Source of the DNA: Verrucomicrobiota bacterium
Lineage (GTDB): Bacteria; Verrucomicrobiota; Verrucomicrobiia; Limisphaerales; UBA11358
Direction: 5' to 3'
NCBI GenBank assembly: GCA_028873125.1
Contig: JAGWMQ010000002.1
Coordinates: 15,124 to 79,123, forward strand
Length of the DNA: 64,000 nt
Positions 39,434 to 48,865 of the stretch are shown here, in pieces. The position numbers and the translations under genes were made by a program. The notes beneath the pieces were generated by a model. That model was not told the DNA's origin. It saw only the letters and a program-made list of their open reading frames with translations, and did not search any database. Numbering within the stretch: position 1 is the first letter of the stretch; every line of letters begins with the position of its first letter.

Positions 39434-40540
39434 ATGGATTCCCGCGAAGCCCTGATCGCGTTGAACCTCATCGAACACGTCGGGCCGGTGCGCGCCCGGC
39501 TCCTGTTGGAGCATTTCGGCGAGGCGCCCAAAATCCTGGCCGCGTCCAAGTCCGAACTGCTGCGCGTCCGCAACATCGGCGAAGAAACCGCCGAAGCCAT
39601 CGCCGCCTGGGAGAAGACGATTGACCTCGCCGGCGAATTGAAGCGCATCGCCGACTTCGATTGCCGCGTCTTGATTCTGAGCGACGAAACTTATCCGGCG
39701 CTTCTCCGTGAAATTTACGATCCGCCGCTGGTGCTTTACGTCAAAGGCGAATTGACCGCCCGGGACAAGAACGCCGTGGCGATGGTCGGGTCGCGGCTGA
39801 CGACGCATTACGGCCTCGAATCGGCGCGCAAGCTGGCCTACCAACTGGCCTACGTCGGCGTGACCGTGGTCAGCGGCGGCGCGCGGGGCATTGACACGGC
39901 GGCGCACCAAGGCGCGCTCGCGGGCCGGGGCCGGACGGTGTGCGTGCTGGGCACCGGCATCAATGTCATCTTTCCGCCGGAGAACCGGGACCTGTTCGAG
40001 CGCGTCGCCGCCGGCGGCGCCCTGGTCACGCAGTTTCCGTTCAACCGCAACGGCGACCGGCAGACCTTCGCCATCCGCAACCGCATCATCGCGGGCATGA
40101 CCCTGGGCACGGTCGTCGTGGAAGCCAACCTCACCAGCGGCGCGCTCATCACGGCGAATTTCGCGACCGAATACGGCCGGCAGGTCTTCGCCGTGCCCGG
40201 ACGGATTGACTCGCCGCGCAGCAAGGGCTGCCACGATCTGATCAAGAAGGGCGCCAAACTCTGCGAAGGCGCCGAGGATGTGTTGAGCGAGTTCGAATAC
40301 TTGTTTCCGCCGTCCAACAAACCCCCGTCAGCGGCGGACACCGGCGTGCTGCCGGCGCTGGAACTGAGCGCGAACGAGCAGAAGGTGTTCGACGCGCTGG
40401 ACCGCGAGGAGCGCAGCATTGACGAAATCATCCGCAAGAGCGGTCTGCCCAGTTCGGCGGTGAGCGTGGCGCTGTTGAGCCTGGAAATGAAGCGCGCGGT
40501 CAAGCAATTGCCAGGCAAATTGTTTGTAAGAAACGCATAG
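39434..40540 (+). CDS. dprA: DNA-processing protein DprA (Smf)
   Basis: The Rossmann core is GSRLTTHYG...VVSGGARGIDTAAHQGAL...GTGINVIFPPEN and NRIIAGM. The C-terminal winged-helix tail is SSAVSVALLSLEMKRAV. Confidence 0.9.
   Translation: MDSREALIALNLIEHVGPVRARLLLEHFGEAPKILAASKSELLRVRNIGEETAEAIAAWEKTIDLAGELKRIADFDCRVLILSDETYPALLREIYDPPLVLYVKGELTARDKNAVAMVGSRLTTHYGLESARKLAYQLAYVGVTVVSGGARGIDTAAHQGALAGRGRTVCVLGTGINVIFPPENRDLFERVAAGGALVTQFPFNRNGDRQTFAIRNRIIAGMTLGTVVVEANLTSGALITANFATEYGRQVFAVPGRIDSPRSKGCHDLIKKGAKLCEGAEDVLSEFEYLFPPSNKPPSAADTGVLPALELSANEQKVFDALDREERSIDEIIRKSGLPSSAVSVALLSLEMKRAVKQLPGKLFVRNA
40448..40535 (+). repeat. Direct repeat copy A (native dprA 3' end)
   Basis: These 88 nt match 46950-47037. 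The first 59 nt have 1 mismatch, and about 80/88 match overall by eye. Confidence 0.8.
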
Positions 40541-40558
40541 TCGCGAGGGAACCGGCAC

Positions 40559-43500
40559 TTACACTTCCAACCGGTCCTTCGGCCGGGCCACGAGGGCGTA
40601 GAGCGCCGGCATCAGGAAGATGCTGATCAACAACCGCGAGAACAGGCCGCTGACAATGACCAGCGCGAAGGGCCGTTGCGTATCAGTGCCGACGCCCGTG
40701 GCGAGCGCCGCCGGCAAAAGTCCCAACGCCGCCACCAGCGCGGTCATCATGATCGGCCGCAGTTGCACGATGGCGCCTTCGCGGATGGCTGCCGCGGTCC
40801 CGGCGCCGCCACGACGCAGTTCGTTGACATAGGAGATATAAACGACCGCCGTCTGGACCGAAACGCCAAACAGGGCCAGGAAACCGATGCCGGAGGAGAC
40901 CGAGAACGGCGTGCCCGTAAGCCAGAGCGCCACAATGCCACCCGCCGGCGACGAGAGCAACACGCCGAGCACGGTGATGAACGGGAATTTCAAATTGCTG
41001 TAAAGCGCGAACAGCAGGAGAAAAATCAGGAACAGGGTCAGCGGCAAAATGACATTCAGTTGCCGGCGCGATGCCGTGTATTCCTTGTATGCTCCGCCCC
41101 AATCCAAACGATAACCTTCCGGCAGGGAAACCTTCTGCTGAACCTGCTTCATCGCATCATTCACAGCGCCGGCGAGGTCGCGTCCCTCCACCGAGAATTG
41201 GACGCCGATGTAACGCGAATCGTTCTGGCGGTAAATGAATGACGCGCCGTTCGTCACCCGGATTTCCGCGAATTCCTTGAGCGGAATCTGCTGGCCGCCG
41301 GGCGTGGCCACCAGGATGTTGCGAATGGACCCGGCGCTGTCCCGGTATTGACGGGCGAGGCGGACGACGAGATCAAACTGCTTTTCTCCCTGCACCACCT
41401 CGGTGGCCACATCTCCGCCGACGGCGGCCTGGATCAGGCTGTTGAGGTCGGCGACATTCACACCGTAACGGGCGATCTTGGCGCGGTTGATGTTGATCGT
41501 CAGGCTCGGCTGCCCAAGCTCCTGCACCACGGTCACATCCCGGATGCCGTGCACGTGCTCCAGGACTTGTTTGATGGCCGTGCCCTTTTGTTGCAGTGTT
41601 TCCAAATCAGGGCCGAAAACTTTCACGGCCAGGGCGCTTTTCAGACCGGTTTCCGCCTCGTCCACGGCGTCCTCGGCGGGCTGGGTGTAGTTGAAGATGA
41701 TTCCGGGAAGCTCCTCGAGCTTGCGGTTGATGGCGGCAATCAGTTCGGGCTTCGTGCGACAAGGACCGGTCCATTGCGAGTAAGGTATGAGGCCGACGTA
41801 AAATTCGCAGTTAAAAAATCCGGTCGAATCGGTGCCGTCGTCGGGCCGGCCCAGTTCCGAGGCGACCGTGGTGACTTGCGGAAAGGAACGTAAAATCTGC
41901 CGGATGCGCGGAGCGATCTTGGCCGCTTCGTCGAACGAAATGGTGTATGGCATCGTCGCGCGAACCCAGAGCGCGCCCTCGTCCAGTTGCGGCATGAACT
42001 CGGCGCCGATGCGCGGAATGAGCAGCAACGAACCGGCCAGCAGGATCGCCGAGGCGGAGGTCGTGCCCCAAGGATGCGCCAGGCAAAAATCAAGTCCCTT
42101 GGCGTAGGCGAATTTGACGGCTTCGAACACGGCGTTGCGCCGTTCCCGCACGCCTTTGCGCATGAACCAGGCGCACAACACCGGCAGCAACGTCAGCGTG
42201 ACCATCAAGGAGCCGACCAGCGCGTAAACCATCGTGTCGGCCATCGGTTTGAAGAGCCTGCCCGACGGTCCGGACAAGACATAAATCGGCAGAAAACCGG
42301 CGACCGTCACCGCGACCGCATAGAACAGCGGCCGGTCCACTTCCGCCGCGGCGTCCACCACGATCTCCCGGATGTTGAGCGGCGTGCCCTGCCGTTTGGC
42401 GACCTGGCGGAAAATGTTTTCCACCATCACCACCGCGCTGTTCACCAGGATGCCGAAATCCACGGCGCCGATGGACAGCAGGTTGGCCGAGGCGTTCTGA
42501 AGGTGGAGACAGACGAAGGCGAACAGCAGCGACAGCGGAATGGCCGTGGCGACGATCAAGCCGGACCGCACGTCGTAGAGGAAAAAGATGAGCGCCACCA
42601 CCACCAGCAACATGCCGCGCAACAGGTTTCGCTCCACCACCTGCGTCGTCAGCGTCACCAGATCGCTGCGGTCGTAGAACGGCAGGATTTTGACGTCCTT
42701 GGGCAGGATCTGGTCGTTCAGTTCCTTCGTCTTGGCTTCGACCCGCTTGAGAACGTTTTGCGTCTTCTCGCCGGTGCGCATCAAGATGACGCCTTCCACG
42801 GCGTCGTTCTGGTTCATGTAGCCGAACTCGCCCAGGCGCGGCGCGATGCCGATGACCACGCGACCGACATCCTTGACCAGCACCGGCGTGCCGTTGTGCA
42901 CGGCCAGCACGACGTTGCCCATGTCCTCCAACGTCTTGAGCCGGCCCAGGCCGCGCACGTAATAGAATTGGCCGCCTTGCGAATAAAACCCGCCGCCGGC
43001 GTCGCCGTTGTTGGCCGCCAGCGCCGCCTCCACCTGCGGCACCGACAAGCCGACCGCGGCGATTTTGTCCGGGTCCAGCAACACCTGGTATTGCATGTCG
43101 CCGCCGCCAAACCCGGAATCGTCCGCCACGCCGCGAACGGATTTGTATTGAGGCGCGACGATCCAGTCTTCGATGGTCTTGAGTTCCATCGGCGAGCGGT
43201 CGGGGCTTTGCAGCACGTAGCGATAAATCAGGCCCGAAGGCGAATACAGCGGCGACACCGACGGCGTCACGCCACTGGGCAGGCTCAAACCGGGAAGGCG
43301 GTTGAAAACCCGTTGGCGGGCGAAGTAGTTGTCCGTGCCGTTGCGGAAAGTGAGGATTACGTCGGACAGGCCGTAAAGCGAGATGGAACGGATGGTGGCC
43401 ATTTTCGGAATGCCGTTCATCCCGAGTTCGACGGGCACGGTAATCAGCCGCTCCATTTCCTCGGCGGCGTGGCCGGGCCATTGGGCGATGATCTCGACCA

Positions 43501-43684
43501 TCGGCGGTGACAAATCGGGGTAGGCATCCACCGGAAGCTGGTCGAGCGACCAGGAGCCGGCGGCCATCAACACCAGCGTCATGAGGACGACGAGAAATCG
43601 CTGCCGCAACGACGACGCCACGATCCGGTTCAGGATCGAAGCCGCGCGCGGCGGAGGCACGGGGGATGACAGCGGGTCGCTCAT
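40559..43684 (-). CDS. CusA/CzcA-family heavy-metal efflux RND permease
   Basis: It is 1041 aa, with GAVDFGILVNSAVVMVENIF (HME-RND-like) and 12-TM topology. Its start overlaps the adaptor gene stop (ATGA). Confidence 0.88.
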   Translation of the reverse strand: MSDPLSSPVPPPRAASILNRIVASSLRQRFLVVLMTLVLMAAGSWSLDQLPVDAYPDLSPPMVEIIAQWPGHAAEEMERLITVPVELGMNGIPKMATIRSISLYGLSDVILTFRNGTDNYFARQRVFNRLPGLSLPSGVTPSVSPLYSPSGLIYRYVLQSPDRSPMELKTIEDWIVAPQYKSVRGVADDSGFGGGDMQYQVLLDPDKIAAVGLSVPQVEAALAANNGDAGGGFYSQGGQFYYVRGLGRLKTLEDMGNVVLAVHNGTPVLVKDVGRVVIGIAPRLGEFGYMNQNDAVEGVILMRTGEKTQNVLKRVEAKTKELNDQILPKDVKILPFYDRSDLVTLTTQVVERNLLRGMLLVVVALIFFLYDVRSGLIVATAIPLSLLFAFVCLHLQNASANLLSIGAVDFGILVNSAVVMVENIFRQVAKRQGTPLNIREIVVDAAAEVDRPLFYAVAVTVAGFLPIYVLSGPSGRLFKPMADTMVYALVGSLMVTLTLLPVLCAWFMRKGVRERRNAVFEAVKFAYAKGLDFCLAHPWGTTSASAILLAGSLLLIPRIGAEFMPQLDEGALWVRATMPYTISFDEAAKIAPRIRQILRSFPQVTTVASELGRPDDGTDSTGFFNCEFYVGLIPYSQWTGPCRTKPELIAAINRKLEELPGIIFNYTQPAEDAVDEAETGLKSALAVKVFGPDLETLQQKGTAIKQVLEHVHGIRDVTVVQELGQPSLTININRAKIARYGVNVADLNSLIQAAVGGDVATEVVQGEKQFDLVVRLARQYRDSAGSIRNILVATPGGQQIPLKEFAEIRVTNGASFIYRQNDSRYIGVQFSVEGRDLAGAVNDAMKQVQQKVSLPEGYRLDWGGAYKEYTASRRQLNVILPLTLFLIFLLLFALYSNLKFPFITVLGVLLSSPAGGIVALWLTGTPFSVSSGIGFLALFGVSVQTAVVYISYVNELRRGGAGTAAAIREGAIVQLRPIMMTALVAALGLLPAALATGVGTDTQRPFALVIVSGLFSRLLISIFLMPALYALVARPKDRLEV

Positions 43685-44820
43685 TGGTTTTGGAGAAATT
43701 GAACAAAGATGCCGCCTTCCACCACAATCCGGTCCCCGGCCTTGAGACCTTCGGTGATGTCATATCTGTTTCCCGCGCGATAACCCAGGGTTACATGTTG
43801 CCGCGCGAAGCTGCCGTCGGGCTGGGCGACATAGACAAACGGCAGGTTTTCCGAGTCGCGCAAAATCGCCGAAACCGGGACCGGCAGGCCGGCGCTTTGC
43901 TGCTGGGCGTGAATCAACACGCGGACATACATCTGCTTCTTGAGGACGTCGCCTGGATTTTGGGCGGCCACACGCACCGCCACCGACCGGGTGTCGGGAT
44001 CCACTTCCGCCGAGATGTTGTCCACCGTCCCCGGGAAATTTGTCGCCGCGATGCCGGTGATCACTTCAGCCGGGTCGCCGACGCCGACCGAGGCGACATC
44101 CGAACCGAACACGTGCGCCATGACCCAGACGCGGGAAAGATTGGCAACGGTGAAGCACGGCGTGCTGCCGGCTTGCAGCAGTTCGCCGGGCGTGATCAAT
44201 TTTTCCACGACGGTTCCCGCGATGGGCGAGCGAATCATGCCCTCGACGCGTGGAATTGGCCTGTTTTCCTGAATGTCTTTGATGGTCCGGGAACTCACCT
44301 TCAGCGAGCGCAGTTCCTGAAGGGCGGCATCGCGGTCGGCCTCGGCGTTGACGGCATCCGTTTCCACCTGCTGCGCCTCGCGCTGGGCGATGCCGTGATG
44401 CTGCAAAAGTTCCTGGTCCAAATCGGCGAGCTTCCGCGCGACCCTGGCGGTGGCGAGCGCCTTGCGATAGGCGCTGATGGCGGCGGCGAAGTCGGGCGAA
44501 TCCACCTCCGCCAGGGGTTGTCCGGCCTTGACCTGCGCGCCAAGGGCCACGAGCAATTTCGACACCGGGCCGCCAAACGGCGCCAGCACGGCGGTGGCCT
44601 GGTCCTGGTCAAAGTCCACCGTCCCGGTGGCTTCGACGGTTTTGCGGAACCTGGCCGGCTCGACCGTGTAAAGGTGAATGCTCTGCCGCTGGGCTGCCGT
44701 GAGCGTCACGTTGCTGGCGGTCAGGAATGACGCCGGGGAGCTGCTGTCGGTTTTGGACGAACAGCCGGTGAACGTTGCGGCGACAACCGCCGCCATGACG
44801 GTGAAGAATTTATTTTTCAT
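43681..44820 (-). CDS. Efflux RND periplasmic adaptor (membrane fusion protein)
   Basis: Has a lipoprotein signal (FTGCSS), coiled-coil hairpin, barrel-sandwich and beta-barrel regions, and operon context. Confidence 0.85.
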   Translation of the reverse strand: MKNKFFTVMAAVVAATFTGCSSKTDSSSPASFLTASNVTLTAAQRQSIHLYTVEPARFRKTVEATGTVDFDQDQATAVLAPFGGPVSKLLVALGAQVKAGQPLAEVDSPDFAAAISAYRKALATARVARKLADLDQELLQHHGIAQREAQQVETDAVNAEADRDAALQELRSLKVSSRTIKDIQENRPIPRVEGMIRSPIAGTVVEKLITPGELLQAGSTPCFTVANLSRVWVMAHVFGSDVASVGVGDPAEVITGIAATNFPGTVDNISAEVDPDTRSVAVRVAAQNPGDVLKKQMYVRVLIHAQQQSAGLPVPVSAILRDSENLPFVYVAQPDGSFARQHVTLGYRAGNRYDITEGLKAGDRIVVEGGIFVQFLQNQ

Positions 44821-46318
44821 GCTTATCCTTGGTTAAATCCGTGCGCTGCCACCAGCCGCCCCCGAGCGCCTCAAACAACGCCGCGGTGTCGGCAAAACGA
44901 TTGGCCTGCGCTTGAATCAGATTGATGCGGGCCTGTTGATAAGTTTGTTCCGCGTTCAACAACGCCAGGTCGCTGGAGTAGCCGGCCTGTGTTTGTCGCC
45001 GTGTCAGATTCAAAGTGACCTTGGCGGCTGCGGCGGCGTTGGCGGCAGCTTTTAGCGCGTTGGCGTCCTGTTCGAGCGCGTTCAAGGTGTCCGCCACATT
45101 CTGAAAGGCGGCCAGGACCGTGCTGCGATATTGCTCTGCGGCCTGGACGTACGCCGCCTTGGCGGCCCGTTCCCGGTGCAGCAGGGCGCCGCCTTGGAAA
45201 ATCGGGGCCAGCGCCGCCGCGCCCAGTCCCCAAAAGCCGCTGCCCGACGCGAACACTTGATCAATGGCCAGCGCCGTGCTGCCGGCATCGGCGGTGAGCG
45301 TGATGTTCGGCAGCCGGTTCGCGATGGCCACGCCAATCTGGGCGCTGGCGGCATGGAGATTTTCCTCGGCCTGACGCACGTCCGGACGCTGCTCGACCAG
45401 TTGCGATGGAAGGCTGACGGGCAATTTTTCCGACAATCGCAGGGTGGAAAGCTCGAATTTTTCGGCCGGCGCCCGGCTCGGAAATTTGCCGGCCAGCGCC
45501 GCCAACAGATCGCGTTGCCGGGCCAGTTGTTTGAGCAACGGCGGCAACGTGGCCGTGACCTGCGCCAGTTGCGATTCCTGCGCGGCGACGTCGAGCCGGC
45601 TGGCGTAACCTTTGGCAAACTGGTAACGCAAAATGTGAACCATGTCGGAATTGATGGCGATGAGCCGGCGGGTTTCGTCAACCTGGGCCTGCAACGACGC
45701 CTCCTGAATCGCCGCCACCGCCACGTTGGCGCTTAGGGTGACATACGTCGCGATGAGTTGGAAACGCACCGCGTTCTCCTGCGCCTTCAACGACTCCATC
45801 GTCCGCCGGTTCAGGCCGAAGACATCGGGCGAATACGAAACGCTGACCTGCGGGGTGAACAGGTCATATTGATACTCGTTGGGCACCACGGGATAGTTTG
45901 GCGTCGGCGCGAGCGCCTCTGACTGCTTCTGACGGCTCGCCGAGAAACCAGCCGCGACGCTGGGAAAGTAAATGCCCCGTTGCGCCAAGACGCTTTCTCT
46001 CGCCACCCGCAACGCCGCCTGCGCCGCCTTGAGGTCGGGATTGTTGGTGAGCGAGCATTCAATCAACGCATTGAGCGGCGCCGAATGGAAGAGCGCCCAC
46101 CATTCCCCCGGAATGTTGAGTCCGGGCACAAAATGTTGCGCGGCGCCACCGGCAATATGTGGAGTGGCGGCGGTGGCCGGCAGCGGCGCGGGCGTGTAGC
46201 GGTTGACGCCGGGAGGCGGCGGCTTCTTGAAGTTCGGCCCCACCGCGCAGCCGGCGACGAGCAACAAGCTCAAGGCTGCGGTGACGCGCAGGCCGTGCCA
46301 TTTAAACATTGCGTTCAT
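44810..46318 (-). CDS. Efflux outer-membrane factor lipoprotein (NodT/TolC family)
   Basis: Has the lipobox LLVAGCAVGPNFKKP and tandem TolC-type repeats. It is the first large gene of the efflux operon. Confidence 0.85.
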   Translation of the reverse strand: MNAMFKWHGLRVTAALSLLLVAGCAVGPNFKKPPPPGVNRYTPAPLPATAATPHIAGGAAQHFVPGLNIPGEWWALFHSAPLNALIECSLTNNPDLKAAQAALRVARESVLAQRGIYFPSVAAGFSASRQKQSEALAPTPNYPVVPNEYQYDLFTPQVSVSYSPDVFGLNRRTMESLKAQENAVRFQLIATYVTLSANVAVAAIQEASLQAQVDETRRLIAINSDMVHILRYQFAKGYASRLDVAAQESQLAQVTATLPPLLKQLARQRDLLAALAGKFPSRAPAEKFELSTLRLSEKLPVSLPSQLVEQRPDVRQAEENLHAASAQIGVAIANRLPNITLTADAGSTALAIDQVFASGSGFWGLGAAALAPIFQGGALLHRERAAKAAYVQAAEQYRSTVLAAFQNVADTLNALEQDANALKAAANAAAAAKVTLNLTRRQTQAGYSSDLALLNAEQTYQQARINLIQAQANRFADTAALFEALGGGWWQRTDLTKDKHEK

Positions 46319-46483
46319 AGGCTCTGCGATCTCGTTTTGCTTTTAAGAACCTTTTGCAACGGTCTTAAAACCGTCCGGCGAACTGTTCAGGAACCCACAC
46401 TTTGCGAACGCCAAGGCGCCGGCAAAGATCAGGTTGTATGGGAACGCTTCAATCGGAGCGGGTGGCTCCGCGAAGCCGACGAA

Positions 46484-46861
46484 TCAGGAAACCGCGGAAG
46501 GAGCGGGCGGGGCGCGGCCTTGCGGAAGATTTTCAATGGCCGGACTGAAAGGGAAAATGACGAAAGGGCGGGTTGTTTCCGCGACAAACTGCGGCGGAGG
46601 AATGGTAATTTCGCAGACGGCCAGGCTGACTTTCCCTTGGGCGAGCAAGGTGACCGCGCAACGATGACCTGGATTCTCCGCGCCCTTGTGGATCAATTCA
46701 TGCAACGCAAGACACGCCGCCATCGCGTCGAGCATCAAAATCAAGGCAATCAGCAGGCTGCCAATGGCCGACTTGCTGAACTGATTAAAATGTCCGTTGC
46801 CACCTTGCAAGACATGGGCAGTGTAGCAGCCATTAACGGAATTGCAACTAATTTCAAGCAT
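46484..46861 (-). CDS. Small membrane-anchored Cys/His-rich hypothetical protein upstream of the efflux operon
   Basis: Has one TM segment (AIGSLLIALILMLDAMAACLAL) followed by HELIHKGAENPGHRCAVTLLAQGKV. It lies in a low-GC region (about 50% in a hand-counted line). The start is uncertain. Confidence 0.4.
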   Translation of the reverse strand: MLEISCNSVNGCYTAHVLQGGNGHFNQFSKSAIGSLLIALILMLDAMAACLALHELIHKGAENPGHRCAVTLLAQGKVSLAVCEITIPPPQFVAETTRPFVIFPFSPAIENLPQGRAPPAPSAVS

Positions 46862-46949
46862 CGGAAACTCGCATTTCCGCTGCTTCTCGTACAACAAACA
46901 AAACCGCGCAATCGTGAGAGACCCATGAACATAATGAGTCCAATCTTTC

Positions 46950-47037
46950 CCCAGTTCGGCGGTGAGCGTGGCGCTGTTGAGCCTGGAATTGAAGCGCGCG
47001 GTCAAGCAACCGCCGGGAAAACTGTTCGTGAAGAACA
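46950..47037 (+). repeat. Direct repeat copy B: orphan fragment of a dprA 3' end
   Basis: It translates in the dprA frame as SSAVSVALLSLELKRAVKQPPGKLFVKNS-stop, with stop codons immediately upstream. It is therefore a remnant, not a gene. Confidence 0.8.
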
Positions 47038-47193
47038 GTTGAATCACGGGCGAAGGACGCCAAGGTCGCGGACCAGGGAACCGAGGCTGATTCGCTGGAG
47101 AGGCCGCGGCCCCGGCGCGTCCATCTTAATTTGCATGCGGGCTTGCGTGTTGGCGCGCAATAAACTAGAACTCGGCCAACGAGGGAGAAACTT

Positions 47194-47859
47194 ATGGCGA
47201 GCTATTTCATCATCGGCGGCGACGGCAAACAATACGGCCCGGTCACGGCCGACGAATTGCGCAAGTGGGTCGCCGAGGGCCGGCTCAACGCGCAATCGCA
47301 GGCCAAGGGCGAAGGCGACGCCGAATGGCGCCCGTTGTCGGCGGTTCCCGAATTGGCCGACGTCTTTGCGCCGTCGCTTCCGTCGCCGGGTGCGCCGCCG
47401 CCTTTCGCGCCTGCAGGCGACGGCGCCCGCCAGGCGGCGCTGCAAAAAGTCAAGACCCCCGCTGTCGGCCTGAAAGTCACAGCGATCATCAACCTGCTCC
47501 TGTCGGCGTGGAGTCTGGTCCGGCTGATGTTCTTTCACCCGGACCTGAGGCAGTTCAACTCGGAGTTGCAGGCGCTCAACAATCCCCAACTCGAGCAATT
47601 CATGCAAAAAATCATGCACCTCGCCTACGGCCCGCTCGGCGTCGCCAACGCCCTGTTGGGAGCGGGAATGGCGGTGCTGATCTTCATCGGCGCGGCCAAG
47701 ATGCAGTCGCTGCGGAGCCATGAATTCGCCTTTACCGCGGCGGTGCTGTCCGTCATTCCGTGTCTGACCCCCTGTTGCGGCTACGTGATCGGCCTGATTT
47801 TCGGGATTTGGGCCTTGGTGGTGCTGGCCAAGCCGGAAGTCAAATCGCAGTTTACCTGA
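47194..47859 (+). CDS. GYF_2 (DUF4339) domain membrane protein
   Basis: The N-terminus is YFIIGGDGKQYGPVTADELRKWVAEGRLNAQSQAKGEGDAEWRPLSAVPEL. A Pro-rich linker follows, then TM helices ending in CCGYVIGLIFGIWALVVLAKPEVKSQF. Confidence 0.7.
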   Translation: MASYFIIGGDGKQYGPVTADELRKWVAEGRLNAQSQAKGEGDAEWRPLSAVPELADVFAPSLPSPGAPPPFAPAGDGARQAALQKVKTPAVGLKVTAIINLLLSAWSLVRLMFFHPDLRQFNSELQALNNPQLEQFMQKIMHLAYGPLGVANALLGAGMAVLIFIGAAKMQSLRSHEFAFTAAVLSVIPCLTPCCGYVIGLIFGIWALVVLAKPEVKSQFT

Positions 47860-48267
47860 GTGCCAATGCCCCGTTCTCCCGCCGACCCGTTGACACGCGA
47901 CCGCGCCTGGGCGTGTGTCACGCTGAATTTCTCGATCTCGGGATGGGGCTCGCTGAAGGCGGGACGGACCTTCGCGGGCAGTTGCCAATTGGCGGCGGTG
48001 TTTGCCGGCTTCTTTCTGCTCAGCGCGTGGATGATAGAATGGCTTAACCGCATCTTTCAGGCGGAATCGTGGGCAGCGCTCCCGCCTCGCCCTCCCGCCT
48101 GGCTGTGGGAATGGGGCGTCGTGTGTTTCGCCGTCAGCTATTCCTGGATGCTGATCACGTGCGTCAGTTTGATGCGGCAGGCGAAGAGGCAGGAGGACCA
48201 GAAGCGCCAAAACATGCCGCCGCGGCTGGCGGATTTGCCCGGCAAACCGCCGAAGCTTTCGTCCTGA
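47860..48267 (+). CDS. Hypothetical membrane protein
   Basis: Abuts the previous stop codon (TGA GTG). It has 3 hydrophobic segments and a basic, Pro-rich tail. No family was recognised. Confidence 0.45.
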   Translation: MPMPRSPADPLTRDRAWACVTLNFSISGWGSLKAGRTFAGSCQLAAVFAGFFLLSAWMIEWLNRIFQAESWAALPPRPPAWLWEWGVVCFAVSYSWMLITCVSLMRQAKRQEDQKRQNMPPRLADLPGKPPKLSS

Positions 48268-48298
48268 AGTCGTTAAAATCAAAAACAGAAGGCCGCTT

Positions 48299-48757
48299 AT
48301 GTATAAAATCATCGGAGCCGACGGCCGGCAATACGGCCCGGCCGGCGCGGACCAGATCCGCCGCTGGCTGGCCGAAAACCGCCTCAACGCCCACTCGCTC
48401 GCCCTGCCCGAAGGCGCGACCGAATGGAAACCGCTGCACACCCTGCCGGAATTCGCGTCGGACGTGAAGCCGGCGCCGCCGCCAATGGCGGCGCCCGCGC
48501 CCGCCGCGGCGGCCCGCGCGGCCAACAAGATCCCGGCGGGGGTCTGCGGCATCCTGCTGGGCGCGCTGGGCATTCACAAATTCATCCTGGGCTACACCGG
48601 CGCCGGGTTGATCCTGCTGCTGGTCACGGTGTTGACCTGCGGCCTGGCCTGGCCGCTGACGAACCTCATCGGACTGATCGAAGGCATCATCTATCTTTGC
48701 AAGACCGACGAGGAGTTCGTGCGCGTTTACGTGGATGGACGGCGCGAGTGGTTTTGA
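48299..48757 (+). CDS. GYF_2 domain / TM2 domain membrane protein
   Basis: The N-terminus is YKIIGADGRQYGPAGADQIRRWLAENRLNAHSLALPEGATEWKPL. The C-terminal TM2-like region is GILLGALGIHKFILGYTGAGLILLL...IGLIEGIIYL. Confidence 0.7.
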   Translation: MYKIIGADGRQYGPAGADQIRRWLAENRLNAHSLALPEGATEWKPLHTLPEFASDVKPAPPPMAAPAPAAAARAANKIPAGVCGILLGALGIHKFILGYTGAGLILLLVTVLTCGLAWPLTNLIGLIEGIIYLCKTDEEFVRVYVDGRREWF

Positions 48758-48865
48758 TCAACCGATGGTCTCCAGCCTTCGGCCTTCAGAGTCCGCTGGA
48801 CGAATTTTCTGATGGCTGACCGGTCAACACTGGAAATTCCGCCGCACCTGTGCGAAGAGTGACGC

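Noticed and set aside
40328-40558. 76-aa minus-strand ORF resembling the 69-aa ORF at 46854-47063
   Set aside because: The similarity (LLDRAL.FQAQQRHAHRRTG) is simply the reverse-strand translation of the two copies of the dprA 3'-end repeat. It is not a conserved gene.
45980-48573. ORFs of 497 aa (plus strand, 45980-47473) and 509 aa (minus strand, 47044-48573)
   Set aside because: They run antisense or out of frame across the OMF gene, the low-GC leader and the GYF-domain genes. The alternative small genes have recognisable domains (NodT lipobox, GYF_2, TM2).
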